Part shown: in pieces, positions 48,807 through 58,351 of the stretch | Layout of the letters: each line of letters starts with the position of its first letter | Position numbering within the stretch: position 1 is the first letter of the stretch | Source: Fibrobacteria bacterium | Lineage (GTDB): Bacteria > Fibrobacterota > Chitinivibrionia > Chitinivibrionales > FEN-1185 | Assembly: GCA_037447435.1 (NCBI GenBank) | Contig: JBBIGR010000012.1 | Location: 1-64,000 of the forward strand | DNA: 64,000 nucleotides | Direction of reading: 5' to 3' | Program-made: the position numbers and the translations under genes | The notes under the pieces: generated by a model | Told to the model about the DNA's origin: nothing | Database searches by the model: none | What the model saw: the letters and a program-made list of their open reading frames with translations, nothing else

Positions 48807-51602
48807 TTATTGAAGCCGGAAAATCCGTTTAATACTTGTCGAACCGTTTACCGATGCACGTATGAAATAAATGCCGTTTCCTGCTGCATCCCGGCTTAAT
48901 TGCAGCTGATGCCACCCTTGTTTTTGAATAGAAGGGACTACTTTATTCAGAACTCTGCCGGCTGCATTGAGAATTTCAAACGACACATTTGCAGTACTGC
49001 TGATATAATAATGCACCGTTCCGCTTTGGGTTTCTATTTTCAATACCGGAATTGCCATTTGCGACATCGTGGGCGCGGAAGGCCATTGCACCGCGGTAGG
49101 CGGAAGACCAACAACGGGAAAACTTACCGTTCCATCGCCGAGTCCGGGAGACTTAGCGGTAACCGTCACCGTCCCCGAAGTAAATGTTGTGCGGACTGCG
49201 ACTTTGCACATACCGCCTTCTATGGCCAGTTCGGGATCAAGGGGTGAATGATAAGTCAATGGTTTTCCAGGTGTGACCAATTGATCGGTGCCGCCCCTGT
49301 AATTCCCCGGTCCGGAAACGCTCCAAGTTATGTTGCCGCCGGCTGTCGGACACCAATTATTGTTTTTGTCAACAATTGTCGCGAGAATGAGGGCCGCATC
49401 GGTCCCGTTTGCCTTAAAAGTGAATGCTTCCCCACCGGGTTTTACAATATGATCATCTACTTTCAATGCGATATGGTCCGGCGCTTGGGCTGTCACTTTT
49501 TGGTCGGAACAAACGACGTTGCCGCTTGCGTCGAGGCCTTCTGCCTTTAATGTACCGGAGGCCCATGTGACGTCCCAGTAGCATTGATAAGGCATATCCG
49601 TGGATGTCTGGCTCATTCCATCGGTGGCCGTGTTCCACACATTCGGAACTTTTTCACTCACCGTTGTTCCATTGATGGAAAGTCGCACTTTGGGGCAATT
49701 GCTGAACACATTAACACGAACATTTCCCGACCTGTTCCAGTGATGGGCAATAGAAACCCTCGGTTTAATTGAAAACGGTGTCCAGGCTGCGCCGTAGATA
49801 TAATATAAGAATTTTGGAATACGGTTAAAATCCATCATAGAGCATCCAAAGGACCTGCATAATTCCCCTGCGGTGCCGTCGACCAAATCATGGTTTTCTC
49901 CCGGAGTTTCGGCCAAATACCATTGGGCGATGCCGAAACAATTTGCCTTTTTGGCACTTTTCCATTTCTGGAGGAATTCGCCTGCAAATTGAAGTTCGTA
50001 GTCATATGCATATCGCGTAGATGCGCCGCCCCAATACTCCGCACCCCATGCGGGATTGTTGGGATAGGTGCTCTTAACAAGATTCTCGCAACCGCTCAAA
50101 GTACAAGAGAGAATGTCTCCATTCGCCGGGTTTGGCGTTCTATCCGCTTGGACCCTTGTATGTATAGAGTCCCACTTAGCTGATATCGCTTTTAGCGACT
50201 GGGCAAACGGCGTTGCAATTGCCCCATTGCTCGCTTCCCAAGAAAGAATGGAAGGATCGTTTCGATCGCGAATGATCATGTCCCTGTGCAATTCACTCTT
50301 TAGAATGCCACGCGGATCGGTTGCTACCGTGGCGCTAAAAGCACCCTCACCCTCGCCGCTGGGCTGTATAAGCATTATACCGTAATTATCGCACGCATCA
50401 ACAAATCCCTTGCTGCAGGAGGAGTGCCCGGGTCTCCATAAATTTCCCCCGATGTCGGCAAGCAGTTTTGCGTCCCGCCATTCCACTTCAGGAGGCAGTG
50501 CCGTACCCAATGCCGGATAATCGTATCGGGCGGATGCGCCGTATAAATAATGCGGATGTCCATTGAAACTGGGCAAATCCTTGTCCCAGGTTATGGTTCG
50601 TATCCCCAAGGGACTCTCAAAAACATCCAGGGTGACTCCGCCGACCTTTACAATATGGTATACTTTGTACATGTACGGCTTTCCGAACGTGCTGTTATTC
50701 GGATACCACAAGGTGGGGTTGGAAACAGTTCCGGTTTGACTGAACACATAACTTTGACCGGCAGCGATAGACTGGGTGTTATCAACACTCGAAACGACGG
50801 TGTTACCATTGCGAACGTCGACAATTTTAGAAGTAAGAGTAACATTCTGGGCCGTTGCGCTTTCATTTTGCACATTCGTTTGTATATTTATCGTGGCAGA
50901 TGCAGTCGTAGCGCTTACTGTCGCGACATAGGTTCCCCAATTATTCACAACAGAATACACGTTGAGCGGAACATGAACTTTGTCGGTGATATGCATCCAT
51001 ACCGGCCGAAACAATCCACCGTCACCCTGGCCGAACCGGAATACCAGTGAAAAACCGGGATCGGTGAAATAATTCCCATCTCCTTTGATCAGTCGCAATG
51101 CAAAAACATTGTCTGCGCCTCCAAAACGTACATATGGGGTGATATCAACAACAAATCCAATGAATCCGATGACATGCGTCATTTTCGGGTTAATTGCGCT
51201 ATTACCTTTTAGCAACGTATCGTTGATATATGCCTGGACGCCGACGTGAGCGCCCTCGATTTCGATGAATATTTTCCTTCCGGCATATTGATTGTCAAGA
51301 GTGAAATGCTTCCGGTACCAGCATGTTCCGCCGAACATGGACCCGTCGCCGCCTCCCGCATTTTGGTTGATGAACGTATCGGTATCGTTATACGTATGGG
51401 GAATGCCGACGTCTTTCCATGCGGCATCGTTAAAGGTGAGGCTTTGGGCATTTGAAGGATCGGACTTTGTAAATTTCCAGGGAGTCTCACCAAGATTGAT
51501 TTTAATCCGGTTGCTCGCCTCCGGCGTATACGTTTCCGCCTGTGAGAATCCTATTCCCGTTATCAGGAAGATTGTTGCTGCAACCATGATTTTTTTAAGC
51601 AT
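48807..51602 (-). CDS. Secreted glycoside hydrolase family 2 protein with C-terminal sorting-like domain
   Basis: W..VGIPHTYN, CWYRKHF, GGLFRPVW, LGIRTI, RDRNDPSILSWEASN, DUF4982-like HHWN..V.VFSNC; start at 51602 after AAAGGA. Confidence 0.88.
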   Translation of the reverse strand: MLKKIMVAATIFLITGIGFSQAETYTPEASNRIKINLGETPWKFTKSDPSNAQSLTFNDAAWKDVGIPHTYNDTDTFINQNAGGGDGSMFGGTCWYRKHFTLDNQYAGRKIFIEIEGAHVGVQAYINDTLLKGNSAINPKMTHVIGFIGFVVDITPYVRFGGADNVFALRLIKGDGNYFTDPGFSLVFRFGQGDGGLFRPVWMHITDKVHVPLNVYSVVNNWGTYVATVSATTASATINIQTNVQNESATAQNVTLTSKIVDVRNGNTVVSSVDNTQSIAAGQSYVFSQTGTVSNPTLWYPNNSTFGKPYMYKVYHIVKVGGVTLDVFESPLGIRTITWDKDLPSFNGHPHYLYGASARYDYPALGTALPPEVEWRDAKLLADIGGNLWRPGHSSCSKGFVDACDNYGIMLIQPSGEGEGAFSATVATDPRGILKSELHRDMIIRDRNDPSILSWEASNGAIATPFAQSLKAISAKWDSIHTRVQADRTPNPANGDILSCTLSGCENLVKSTYPNNPAWGAEYWGGASTRYAYDYELQFAGEFLQKWKSAKKANCFGIAQWYLAETPGENHDLVDGTAGELCRSFGCSMMDFNRIPKFLYYIYGAAWTPFSIKPRVSIAHHWNRSGNVRVNVFSNCPKVRLSINGTTVSEKVPNVWNTATDGMSQTSTDMPYQCYWDVTWASGTLKAEGLDASGNVVCSDQKVTAQAPDHIALKVDDHIVKPGGEAFTFKANGTDAALILATIVDKNNNWCPTAGGNITWSVSGPGNYRGGTDQLVTPGKPLTYHSPLDPELAIEGGMCKVAVRTTFTSGTVTVTAKSPGLGDGTVSFPVVGLPPTAVQWPSAPTMSQMAIPVLKIETQSGTVHYYISSTANVSFEILNAAGRVLNKVVPSIQKQGWHQLQLSRDAAGNGIYFIRASVNGSTSIKRIFRLQ

Positions 51603-51631
51603 ATCAAATCCTTTGTTGTAATAATTCTGCA

Positions 51632-53272
51632 TTAATGCAAATTCCAAGGGACCTTCTGGGAAACCGCTTGCACCGGAGAATCGTCCTGGTATTGTACCGT
51701 GAGCGTATCGTTATCCTGAACGGCAATATTATTGGCGCCGGAAACTGCCGTGGAAAAGCCCACCGACCCGCTGAAATACCGTATCGACCCTGCAACCGCT
51801 TTCAATGTGTCTTTTATCCCTACGGGATTCACTTTACTTTTGACCGTAACGATTGCGGTGCTGTCCGTGATGTCATCATCGATTAATTTTATCGACATTT
51901 TACTTGCCACGCCATGATATGCGGTCGAATCCATGGTTATTGCCGCAAGATATGGCTCCCAGACGCAGGTACTGCCGATAATATCTTTCGCCGGCGTCAG
52001 ATCGTGGTATTTAATGAGTATATTGTCATTTGTTGTTCCCATAACCGCAAGAACACTATCGCCTTGCGAGGCTTTTAAGGAAAAACGAATCTGGCCTGTA
52101 TAGCTGCCGAAAGATCCTACTACCTGTCGCAACTTGGTGATTATGCCGACGTTGTCTTTGTCGCTTGCGACAGTGACCGTTACAAATGAGTCCGCGACAT
52201 CGGCATCCCACAAATTAACGGTCATTTTTTTCAAAACCCCTTTATACGGAGATAATCCGGGCTGAACATTGCCCGGTGTTCCGCTCCAGGATACCTCGGT
52301 AGAATCGAGTTGGAGCGGAGTTGCGTCGGAATAATAAGCCGAAACTACATCTCCATCAAGTACCTTGATGAGGTGCTTGACGGAATCTGATTTGACAATA
52401 GACAAAAAGACGGTGTCCGAATATGTTCCTGCCGATGACGTAACTTTCCGTAGCGGCATCGTAAATCCTTTGCCGTCCGAAGTGCTCTTTACCTTAATCA
52501 ACACCGTCGCTGCGACAAGATCCGAATCGGTAACCGTCACGACAATCGGGTTCTGGCACCCCTGATAAGACCCGTTTTCGAAAGAAATACTTCCCTCACT
52601 TCCCGCTTTGGCAGTGAGAAGAAAGTTATTGGTACCAACATAAGCGGTGATCGCTTTCCTGACGGTTGCGTACCCCAGGGCCGACACCATCAACGTATCG
52701 TTGATCGCCACAGCCTTTATCAATCCGCTTCCAAAACGATTATTCTTCTCGTTTCCAACGAAATCAATTGCGGATTCGGACGCGTTTTTTGCATAGGGGA
52801 TTCTCAAAGTATATGTTTTTTCGGAAATTTGAACCTTGGCAAAATACAGTTGACCTGCAAGCGGTTCCTTAAAGGGATTGACTTGATAAGTTCCTTTTGA
52901 AAGTCTGGTATTGACAATAGACGAAATGTGTTTTCCGCACAAATCAAAAAGGTCAATTTGCACGGGTTCTTCGCTTTTTGAAATACCGAAGAATATTCTA
53001 CTTTGGTGTGAATAGGGTGTTTTAAACTGAACGGCGTTTATGGATCTCAAAAATTTTACTTGGGACCCACTGAGCGAATAGTTACCATTCGCGTCGGTTT
53101 TTGCAGAAATAAGGGGTTCCGCTATAAGACTCACCGTTGCGTTGGCAATTCCTATTTGTGTAGAATTGTCCTTTACGGTTCCGGTCAGGTTAACCGCTTG
53201 AGCGTTTATCGAAAATGCCGATAACCCCGCGAACAGAATTGTGTTCGCAACAAAGATGCGATATTTTTTCAT
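51632..53272 (-). CDS. Secreted hypothetical protein with three tandem ~105-aa beta-rich repeats
   Basis: Signal peptide; LTGTVKD..IANATV carboxypeptidase-regulatory-like start; three repeats sharing Y.G, DxD, V.S, Y.D..P and a terminal W. Confidence 0.7.
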   Translation of the reverse strand: MKKYRIFVANTILFAGLSAFSINAQAVNLTGTVKDNSTQIGIANATVSLIAEPLISAKTDANGNYSLSGSQVKFLRSINAVQFKTPYSHQSRIFFGISKSEEPVQIDLFDLCGKHISSIVNTRLSKGTYQVNPFKEPLAGQLYFAKVQISEKTYTLRIPYAKNASESAIDFVGNEKNNRFGSGLIKAVAINDTLMVSALGYATVRKAITAYVGTNNFLLTAKAGSEGSISFENGSYQGCQNPIVVTVTDSDLVAATVLIKVKSTSDGKGFTMPLRKVTSSAGTYSDTVFLSIVKSDSVKHLIKVLDGDVVSAYYSDATPLQLDSTEVSWSGTPGNVQPGLSPYKGVLKKMTVNLWDADVADSFVTVTVASDKDNVGIITKLRQVVGSFGSYTGQIRFSLKASQGDSVLAVMGTTNDNILIKYHDLTPAKDIIGSTCVWEPYLAAITMDSTAYHGVASKMSIKLIDDDITDSTAIVTVKSKVNPVGIKDTLKAVAGSIRYFSGSVGFSTAVSGANNIAVQDNDTLTVQYQDDSPVQAVSQKVPWNLH

Positions 53273-53532
53273 GTTTTGCCTCTGCTAAAAGTATACAACT
53301 TTAATCTTTGCTTTTCATCGTCTTTTTTTAGCAACTAGAAATATAACCGGAAAAAATTTCTTTTGCACGCAATATTTTCTAAAAAAACAATGTATATAGA
53401 TATATTTAATATAAGATGTTGAATTATAATATATAAAATTGATTTAAATATACATTTATTATGTTAATTTAGTTGAGGCGCTTATGGGTATTCCAAATCA
53501 CAACACATGACTTCTCTGGAAACCTCTAAATA

Positions 53533-53565
53533 AAAGAGGAGGCACTTTATAGACACCTCCTCTTT
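53533..53565 (-). terminator. Intrinsic terminator
   Basis: AAAGAGGAGG...CCTCCTCTTT inverted repeat downstream of the 1289-aa gene. Confidence 0.65.
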
Positions 53566-53600
53566 GCGATAATGATTAATTGATGCTTGATTACATTGTC

Positions 53601-56600
53601 CTATTGGGGTAATAAGGATTTATACGCCGTATAGCTGTTTCCCACCATAAAAATAGATGTGCTGTTTACCGCGAGGCCCGATACATATGAACCACTCGGG
53701 AGACCGGTATTTACAGCTCCCCAGTTTTCTCCATTATTTGTGGATAAGTAAACACCATTACCTGAAGTTCCTGCAAAAAGATAGGTTCCGCTCACAGCAA
53801 GGCTTGAAATAGCCACGCCGCTAGGCAAACCAGTGTTAACGGCGCTCCAAGTTCCTGAATTATTATCGAGTTTGACAACACCGCCAGCAGTTCCGGCAAA
53901 AAGTGTATTCTGGCAAATTGCAAGAGCACTAACAGACGTACTGGGAAATCCGGAAACATTATTCCAATAAATGCCGGAAGGAGTCGTATAGGATAAGCCG
54001 CTATTTGTTCCTGCATACACATAGCTTCCGTTCCCAATGAGCGCCTGTACGTTAGAAATACTTCTGCCGTCGGTTGACCAACTTGCACCATTATTAGTTG
54101 AAACTAAAACCCCTGCATCTGTACCGGCATAAAGAGTGGAAGTACCTACAAGAGCAAACGCATGTACATCGGAACCGGGAGTGTTTGTAGTCCAGGTGGA
54201 TCCATTATTAGTGGAAGAGTAAATGCTGGGTCCTAAACTCGCTTGTCCAGTACCATACAATGAAACGCCTCCGCATTGCGCAACACAGTAGCCATATTCG
54301 GCAAAGCCGGGGCCGGATGACCAAGTTTTCCCATTATCGGGCGATATTTGCAAACCATTTTTTTGAACTCCTAACAAAATGGTATTACCGTTTGTTGCAA
54401 CCGAAAAGAAGTGATTTGTTGCACTACCGGCATCCAATATTACAGACCATGAACATGCTAAAGCGGCAAAATTAGCAGTCACCGTAGCATTACCTGAAGT
54501 CAATGATATGGTGGTTGAGGCACTGGTACTACTTGCGATTGTTCCTGAACCCGTAGTTACAACCCAATTTACAAATTTATAGCCGCCGGCAGCAGTCGCT
54601 GTTATCGTGGTGTTCACACCGTAATTCACTGGAGTGGAAGAAGAAGGCGACACCGTTCCGCCACCATTCGGACTGACGGCTGTTGAGAGCATATAGGTAA
54701 TTTGCGAAAATGTCACGCTTATCGAATGATTTGCAGTTACATTGTTGAACGTATAGCTCGGTGCAGCAGCCTGCGACACGCCGTCTATTAAAAGATTAGC
54801 AACCGCAAACCCGGTATTTGGCGTAATGGTATAACTTTGCGATCCATTGTAGGGAACGCTTTTGGAACCTGCAGGCGAAATCGAGCCGTTTGCCCCGGCA
54901 CTAGCATTAATAGTAAAGAAAATCCCCGTAAAATTAGCGGTCACCGATGCATTGCCCGTTATCAAGGTCACCGTTGTCGAGGCATTATTGGCATTGGCAA
55001 TGGTCGCCGTTCCATTGGGTACGGTCCAATTGACAAAAGTATATCCGGCATTCGGAACGGCATTTATCGTCGTAGCCTGTCCGTAATTGACGGTAGCGGG
55101 TGAGACAGACGGCACGGTTATTGTCCCGCCAGTTTGCGCAGAAACAGTCAGTTGAAACGATTTTAACGAAAAATTTGCCGTGTCATTTTTCGAATTATTC
55201 ATGACTATTGAAATAGAATCGGAAGTGCCGGCCGTATCGCCGCTCCACGTTACGAATTGATATCCGGTATTCGGGACAGCCTTAAGCCCAACAACTGTGC
55301 CTGAATCATATAGTGCTGCGTTCGGTGTTTTTGTAACTGTTCCGTTAACGCTCGCCATGTTCAGCATAAATTGTTGTTTGGTGCTGAATTTCCGCGATGC
55401 GGACCAATCGCCTTTTCCTGAACTATTTCGTGCACTTACCCGCCAGAAATATGTTGTCCCATTCGAAAGACCCGCAAAAGTTTTTGATGTATCATTCAAG
55501 GTTGAGTCCTGCAAAACAATCGTTCCAAAAGTACTGCTGGTTGATACTTGTACGTGATAGGTGTTTGCATACGCAACAGAGTTCCATCGTAGGGTCGTCC
55601 CTGGGGACTGGGCCGCAGCCCCATCGGCCGGCGACAAAAGAGTCGGCGCCGAAGGAACAGGCAAATTGCTGCCCACCAAGACCGTCACTGTTATTAAGAC
55701 GGAATCTGTTTTGTCTTTTGCTTTCAGGATAACCTGATACGTCCCCGAATCCCCAACATTCGATGTCCAATTTAGAGAATCGTTTTTCAAAATTGCCGTT
55801 GTAGGACGTTTGAGCGTTGTACTGGAAATGGAAATGACAGGAGTATCCCCGTCAGGGTCACTTGCTTTTACCGGAAATGACAGCACTGCGTTTCCCGAAA
55901 CATCGTACGTTGCTTTAGGCATGTTTGCGATGAATGCCGGGGGTCTGTTGACGTTCGTGATATGCAATAAGATTGTTAGCACGCTTGGCGAACCAATCCC
56001 GTCTGAAGCCTGGATTTTGATAACCTTCTCACCCGAATCCGAATAGGTCGCCGTATCTTTCCAAGTAGAAAAAACCAAGGAATTCTTTAGCGGATCACCG
56101 GTGACCATTTGATAGGTTATTTTATCGCCATTCGCATCGGTTATGGAATCGGCAAGATTCAGAGAAATTGAGGAATTTTCCGGAATTTCAATTCGTATAG
56201 TATCATGCACCCATTTTGGGGGAACATTGATTGTTGTTGACAAGATGCGCAAAGATGACTTCGACACACCTTGAGAATTCGAAGCAACTATATAATAGTA
56301 AAAAGCCGTATCATTGATGAGATTCGAAATTGTCGTATCGGAGATTGTTTTGAAAAGCGAAAAACTTAATGTGTCCCGTCCTCGGTAAATTTTATAGAGA
56401 TCCGCATTTTTGGATTTATTCCAACTAAACACAAAAATTCCGTTGTTTCGGGAAATGGCTTTTAATCCCGTAATACTGTCGGGCAAGGGGATCGACGCCG
56501 ACATGGTAAATTGCACCGTCTGCGTATCTGCCAATTGCGGAGTGCCGTTATCTACAACCGCAAAAACAACGGAATCCGTTCCACTAAAAGCCGCCGCGGG

Positions 56601-57470
56601 TTTAAACACAAAGATATTGTTGACGAAGGAATATCCCGCGGGTGCCTTTACGACTGAAACGGTGTCGGATGCGCCAGAATCCGGATCGGTAACTGATACC
56701 GAAAGGGTACAGATTTCTCCTATCACATAACTTTTTCTTCCGGTTATCGTGAGCTGTGGCTTTGTATTGATTTTAACTATGGATTTAGGAATAACCGCAA
56801 GGTGTGCCGAATTGGAAACGGCAGTATCTCCATATTGGTCTGCCGTGCGGCACGAATACAAACCGGAATCAGATGCGGTAAGGCCGGCAATTGTCAAGGT
56901 TGGCCCGGTTTTCCCGGGCAAAATTGTTTGATTGCGAAACCATTGATATGTCAGGTTCGTGTCCCCTTGCACTAAGGCAATAAAGGTAGAGGCATCCCCT
57001 TCTTTTTCGGTATCCGTAACCGGCTTGACGACTGCTGCCAGTGTTTTGCCCACGATGGTAATTATTCCATTGTAATCCCGGGTATTTCCGCCTTGAAAAT
57101 AGGCACGGGCAATAACGTTATGTATACCCTTCGTTTTTATGGAAAATGTTACCCATTGAGTATCTTCATCTGATTTAAAATTATGGCCTTTAAAACTTAC
57201 GTCCGGATTTCCTGCGTCTTTGGCAACCGTTACGGTAATCGAATCCACAAAATTATACAAATACGGGCAAACTCCTATTGTGATAGGTTTCCCAACCGTA
57301 TCTGTTATTTCATTGGATGAACTGATGTGCTGATTGGAATCGATAATTATAAGCGATGCCTTGGCATTTTCAGGTAGAGTAAACGGATTTTCAATATTGG
57401 CAGTACATAAAAATAAAAATGGCATCGCAATACCAAGGAACCACCAAATAAATACTGGTTTTTTATTCAT
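53601..57470 (-). CDS. Large cell-surface protein, probable lipoprotein (Ig, cadherin-like, FN3 and InlB-B-like repeats, C-terminal beta-propeller)
   Basis: FLFLC lipobox-like; YQWFRN..DSGLYSC Ig; TDPDSG, DANGD, DPDGD cadherin-like; YFWRVSARN FN3; P..GY.FV.W repeats; S.NNG..W BNR-like repeats. Confidence 0.8.
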   Translation of the reverse strand: MNKKPVFIWWFLGIAMPFLFLCTANIENPFTLPENAKASLIIIDSNQHISSSNEITDTVGKPITIGVCPYLYNFVDSITVTVAKDAGNPDVSFKGHNFKSDEDTQWVTFSIKTKGIHNVIARAYFQGGNTRDYNGIITIVGKTLAAVVKPVTDTEKEGDASTFIALVQGDTNLTYQWFRNQTILPGKTGPTLTIAGLTASDSGLYSCRTADQYGDTAVSNSAHLAVIPKSIVKINTKPQLTITGRKSYVIGEICTLSVSVTDPDSGASDTVSVVKAPAGYSFVNNIFVFKPAAAFSGTDSVVFAVVDNGTPQLADTQTVQFTMSASIPLPDSITGLKAISRNNGIFVFSWNKSKNADLYKIYRGRDTLSFSLFKTISDTTISNLINDTAFYYYIVASNSQGVSKSSLRILSTTINVPPKWVHDTIRIEIPENSSISLNLADSITDANGDKITYQMVTGDPLKNSLVFSTWKDTATYSDSGEKVIKIQASDGIGSPSVLTILLHITNVNRPPAFIANMPKATYDVSGNAVLSFPVKASDPDGDTPVISISSTTLKRPTTAILKNDSLNWTSNVGDSGTYQVILKAKDKTDSVLITVTVLVGSNLPVPSAPTLLSPADGAAAQSPGTTLRWNSVAYANTYHVQVSTSSTFGTIVLQDSTLNDTSKTFAGLSNGTTYFWRVSARNSSGKGDWSASRKFSTKQQFMLNMASVNGTVTKTPNAALYDSGTVVGLKAVPNTGYQFVTWSGDTAGTSDSISIVMNNSKNDTANFSLKSFQLTVSAQTGGTITVPSVSPATVNYGQATTINAVPNAGYTFVNWTVPNGTATIANANNASTTVTLITGNASVTANFTGIFFTINASAGANGSISPAGSKSVPYNGSQSYTITPNTGFAVANLLIDGVSQAAAPSYTFNNVTANHSISVTFSQITYMLSTAVSPNGGGTVSPSSSTPVNYGVNTTITATAAGGYKFVNWVVTTGSGTIASSTSASTTISLTSGNATVTANFAALACSWSVILDAGSATNHFFSVATNGNTILLGVQKNGLQISPDNGKTWSSGPGFAEYGYCVAQCGGVSLYGTGQASLGPSIYSSTNNGSTWTTNTPGSDVHAFALVGTSTLYAGTDAGVLVSTNNGASWSTDGRSISNVQALIGNGSYVYAGTNSGLSYTTPSGIYWNNVSGFPSTSVSALAICQNTLFAGTAGGVVKLDNNSGTWSAVNTGLPSGVAISSLAVSGTYLFAGTSGNGVYLSTNNGENWGAVNTGLPSGSYVSGLAVNSTSIFMVGNSYTAYKSLLPQ

Positions 57471-57841
57471 ATAATTCCCCTTCGAATAGTATGTTTCGAC
57501 AATTGATTTTTTTAAATTTGCACGAATAACTTGGCATGAAGCCGAAGCAGGTCCTCTTGGCGCAAATTTTAATTATCTGCGGCCAATCGTAATGCTAGAA
57601 TCTGTTTAATTAGCAACACCTTATAAAGAACAATATATAATCCGGTATTAATGCGGAAAACATATAGATGGTGAAAAACAAAAAATCAAAAGGAAGGAAA
57701 AACGAAAAATGGAAGAAAAAGGATCAATGCATTTTCGTCCAACGTATTGATTATGCAAAATCCCAAAGCCGGTAACTTACTGGGACTGTTTTCTAATCCT
57801 AAACCTGACTTTAATTCATTGATAGATGTAAAATTTAGATG

Positions 57842-58114
57842 TTATATGCCCATATTATTCAGGGTGCTGACGACAGTCCGAATCATGGCTGCCAGCGCGG
57901 GATGAGTAGCGTTAAAATGCCGGGCCGATTCCGCAAGGCGCTCTTTTACTGTTGAATGTTGTTCGGACGGATTCTCGCTTTTATGGGCAAGCAAAAATTG
58001 GACATCGCTTTGTATTTTTTCAAGAAGTATTGTTGATTCCTTGTCAACAGATTCGATTGTTGCAAGTTCCTGATGGAGATTCTTCAGATGTTCTTTTAGG
58101 TCGTTGTTGCTCAT
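57842..58114 (-). CDS. DUF4404 family protein
   Basis: L..LHQEL, F.ATHP.LA, terminal LNNMGI. Confidence 0.8.
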   Translation of the reverse strand: MSNNDLKEHLKNLHQELATIESVDKESTILLEKIQSDVQFLLAHKSENPSEQHSTVKERLAESARHFNATHPALAAMIRTVVSTLNNMGI

Positions 58115-58272
58115 ATAATTCCCTTTTTGTTATGATACGTATTTTGTTTTAATTAAAGATAAGGCATTCCGTATCATAAGATAATATACCGGTTGTATGA
58201 TGACTATAATCTTATTTTCCCATCAAATAGCGCCTATTGGAATTATTTTGGTTTCGACTTGCGCCTACTAAT

Positions 58273-58304
58273 AAAGATCCCCGCAGCAAGCTGAGGGGAT
58301 CTTT
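58273..58304 (-). terminator. Intrinsic terminator
   Basis: AAAGATCCCC..CAGC AA GCTG..GGGGATCTTT. Confidence 0.65.
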
Positions 58305-58351
58305 CAATCCTTGTTTCACCCTAAAAAAAACTTTTGCCTTTCTGCATACAT

